A DNA stretch of 64,000 nt from Sminthopsis crassicaudata. Lineage: Eukaryota. The DNA lies in the NCBI RefSeq assembly GCF_048593235.1, contig NC_133618.1, forward strand, positions 478,523,294-478,587,293. Reading direction: 5' to 3'. Shown here piece by piece: positions 63,001 to 64,000 of the stretch (positions are counted from its first letter, which is position 1; the number at the start of each line of letters is the position of its first letter). The position numbers were made by a program, and so were the translations under genes. The notes beneath the pieces are model-generated. The model searched no databases. It saw only the letters and a program-made list of their open reading frames with translations, and was not told the origin of the DNA.

Positions 63001-64000
63001 TAAAAGGAATTGAAGGTATAGTTATTTTTGTGGAAGGAGGTAAAGAGGATTATATCAGTTCTTATTATTTTACTTCTCTTTGAATTTTTTCACTTTCCCT
63101 CTCAAACACTTTTGAAGAACCTTCTTTGTTTGTTTGTTTGTTTGTTTGCTTTCTTTTCAAGAGCTTTGCAGAATTACTATTTGGTATAGACTCAGTTTGA
63201 CTAACAGGATAAAGGGAACATGGATCCAATGATCTTCCTTTCAAAGATGATTCCAGGGATATAGGGGAGATTTCATTTTTTTTTCTCTGTCACAATTCCA
63301 TCTCTTCTTTTCTTACCCTATTCCTCCTTTCCCCTCCTCTCCCCTTTTTCCTCTCCCCTTCTCCCCCACCCTCCACCCCCAACTTAGCTTCATTTGCACA
63401 GCAGACAGGCCTGCTTTCCCAGGAGAGGAGATAGATCTGCACCTGCATCATTAAGCTGATGTGCTCTGGGCTCCAGGGAGTGTATTTCCTGGGGTTTTTG
63501 GTATCTGATTGTGCTGCAGAGGCTGCAGAGGGAGACCAGACGTTCTGTTCAGAATGAGACAAAGCTGGATCTCACGCTAACGAGCCAACATTGTCTCCTC
63601 TTGGGCCTCCCTTTCCGGCTCTTTCAGGCCTGATCTTTGGGAGAAGTTTCCCAGAGACTAAATATTTCAGTAAGAAGGTTATTTTTTCCTTCCTTCCAAG
63701 GATGCCTTCACTCATCCAGAGCTCATCAGGGTTTAGAACATTTGAATGTCTTAACATGCAGGATTGCCATATTGGAGGGCTCCTGGCAAGCTCAGAGCCC
63801 CCCATTCTCATTTTCCCCATCCAGAGCCTCATTGTGGGAATGAGTGATTATTGTTGCAATAAAACTGTGCAACTTCCAGATCCGGGAAGGAGGGAGAAAT
63901 GGATGGATGGACTGATTTTCTTTTAAGCTGAGTTACATCTGGGTATTTTAATGTTGGTCCAAAACTTTCATACGTGGCAAAATTTTTTCTAAGGTCACAT

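Noticed and set aside
42000-64000. Search for a second gene (for example C19orf12 or URI1 exons) among the short ORFs
   Set aside because: No ORF shows recognisable protein similarity or a consistent exon chain; the region is dominated by L2/MIR/CR1 relics and simple repeats.

Overview
Mammalian, almost certainly marsupial, genomic DNA (WSINE1-type SINEs and marsupial-type L1; a dasyurid is likely but this is inference). The only host protein-coding gene I can support is cyclin E1 (CCNE1) on the minus strand: 11 coding exons (39072 to 29177), all with GT-AG introns, and a CpG-island promoter at about 39.6-41.4 kb. The predicted protein is about 723 aa, against 410 aa in human. The excess comes from exon 3, which is 1060 bp instead of about 88 bp and encodes an acidic 12-aa tandem array. 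The central units of that array carry 11 perfect LxCxE (Rb-pocket-binding) motifs plus one FxCxE, in acidic contexts like those of viral oncoproteins. This is the main candidate for a new biological system. Downstream of the gene is a nested transposon cluster: an old L1 contains a younger L1 (13-bp TSD), which contains a very young 3950-bp ERVK/betaretrovirus-like LTR element (apparently identical 564-bp LTRs, 6-bp TSD, tRNA-Lys PBS). That element lacks gag/pro/RT but carries an intact orphan 341-aa coiled-coil/transmembrane ORF and two internal minisatellites. The rest is ordinary marsupial intergenic DNA with L2, CR1/L3, MIR, WSINE1 and small DNA-transposon relics. Comparisons with human, mouse and viral sequences are from memory, and old-repeat boundaries are approximate.
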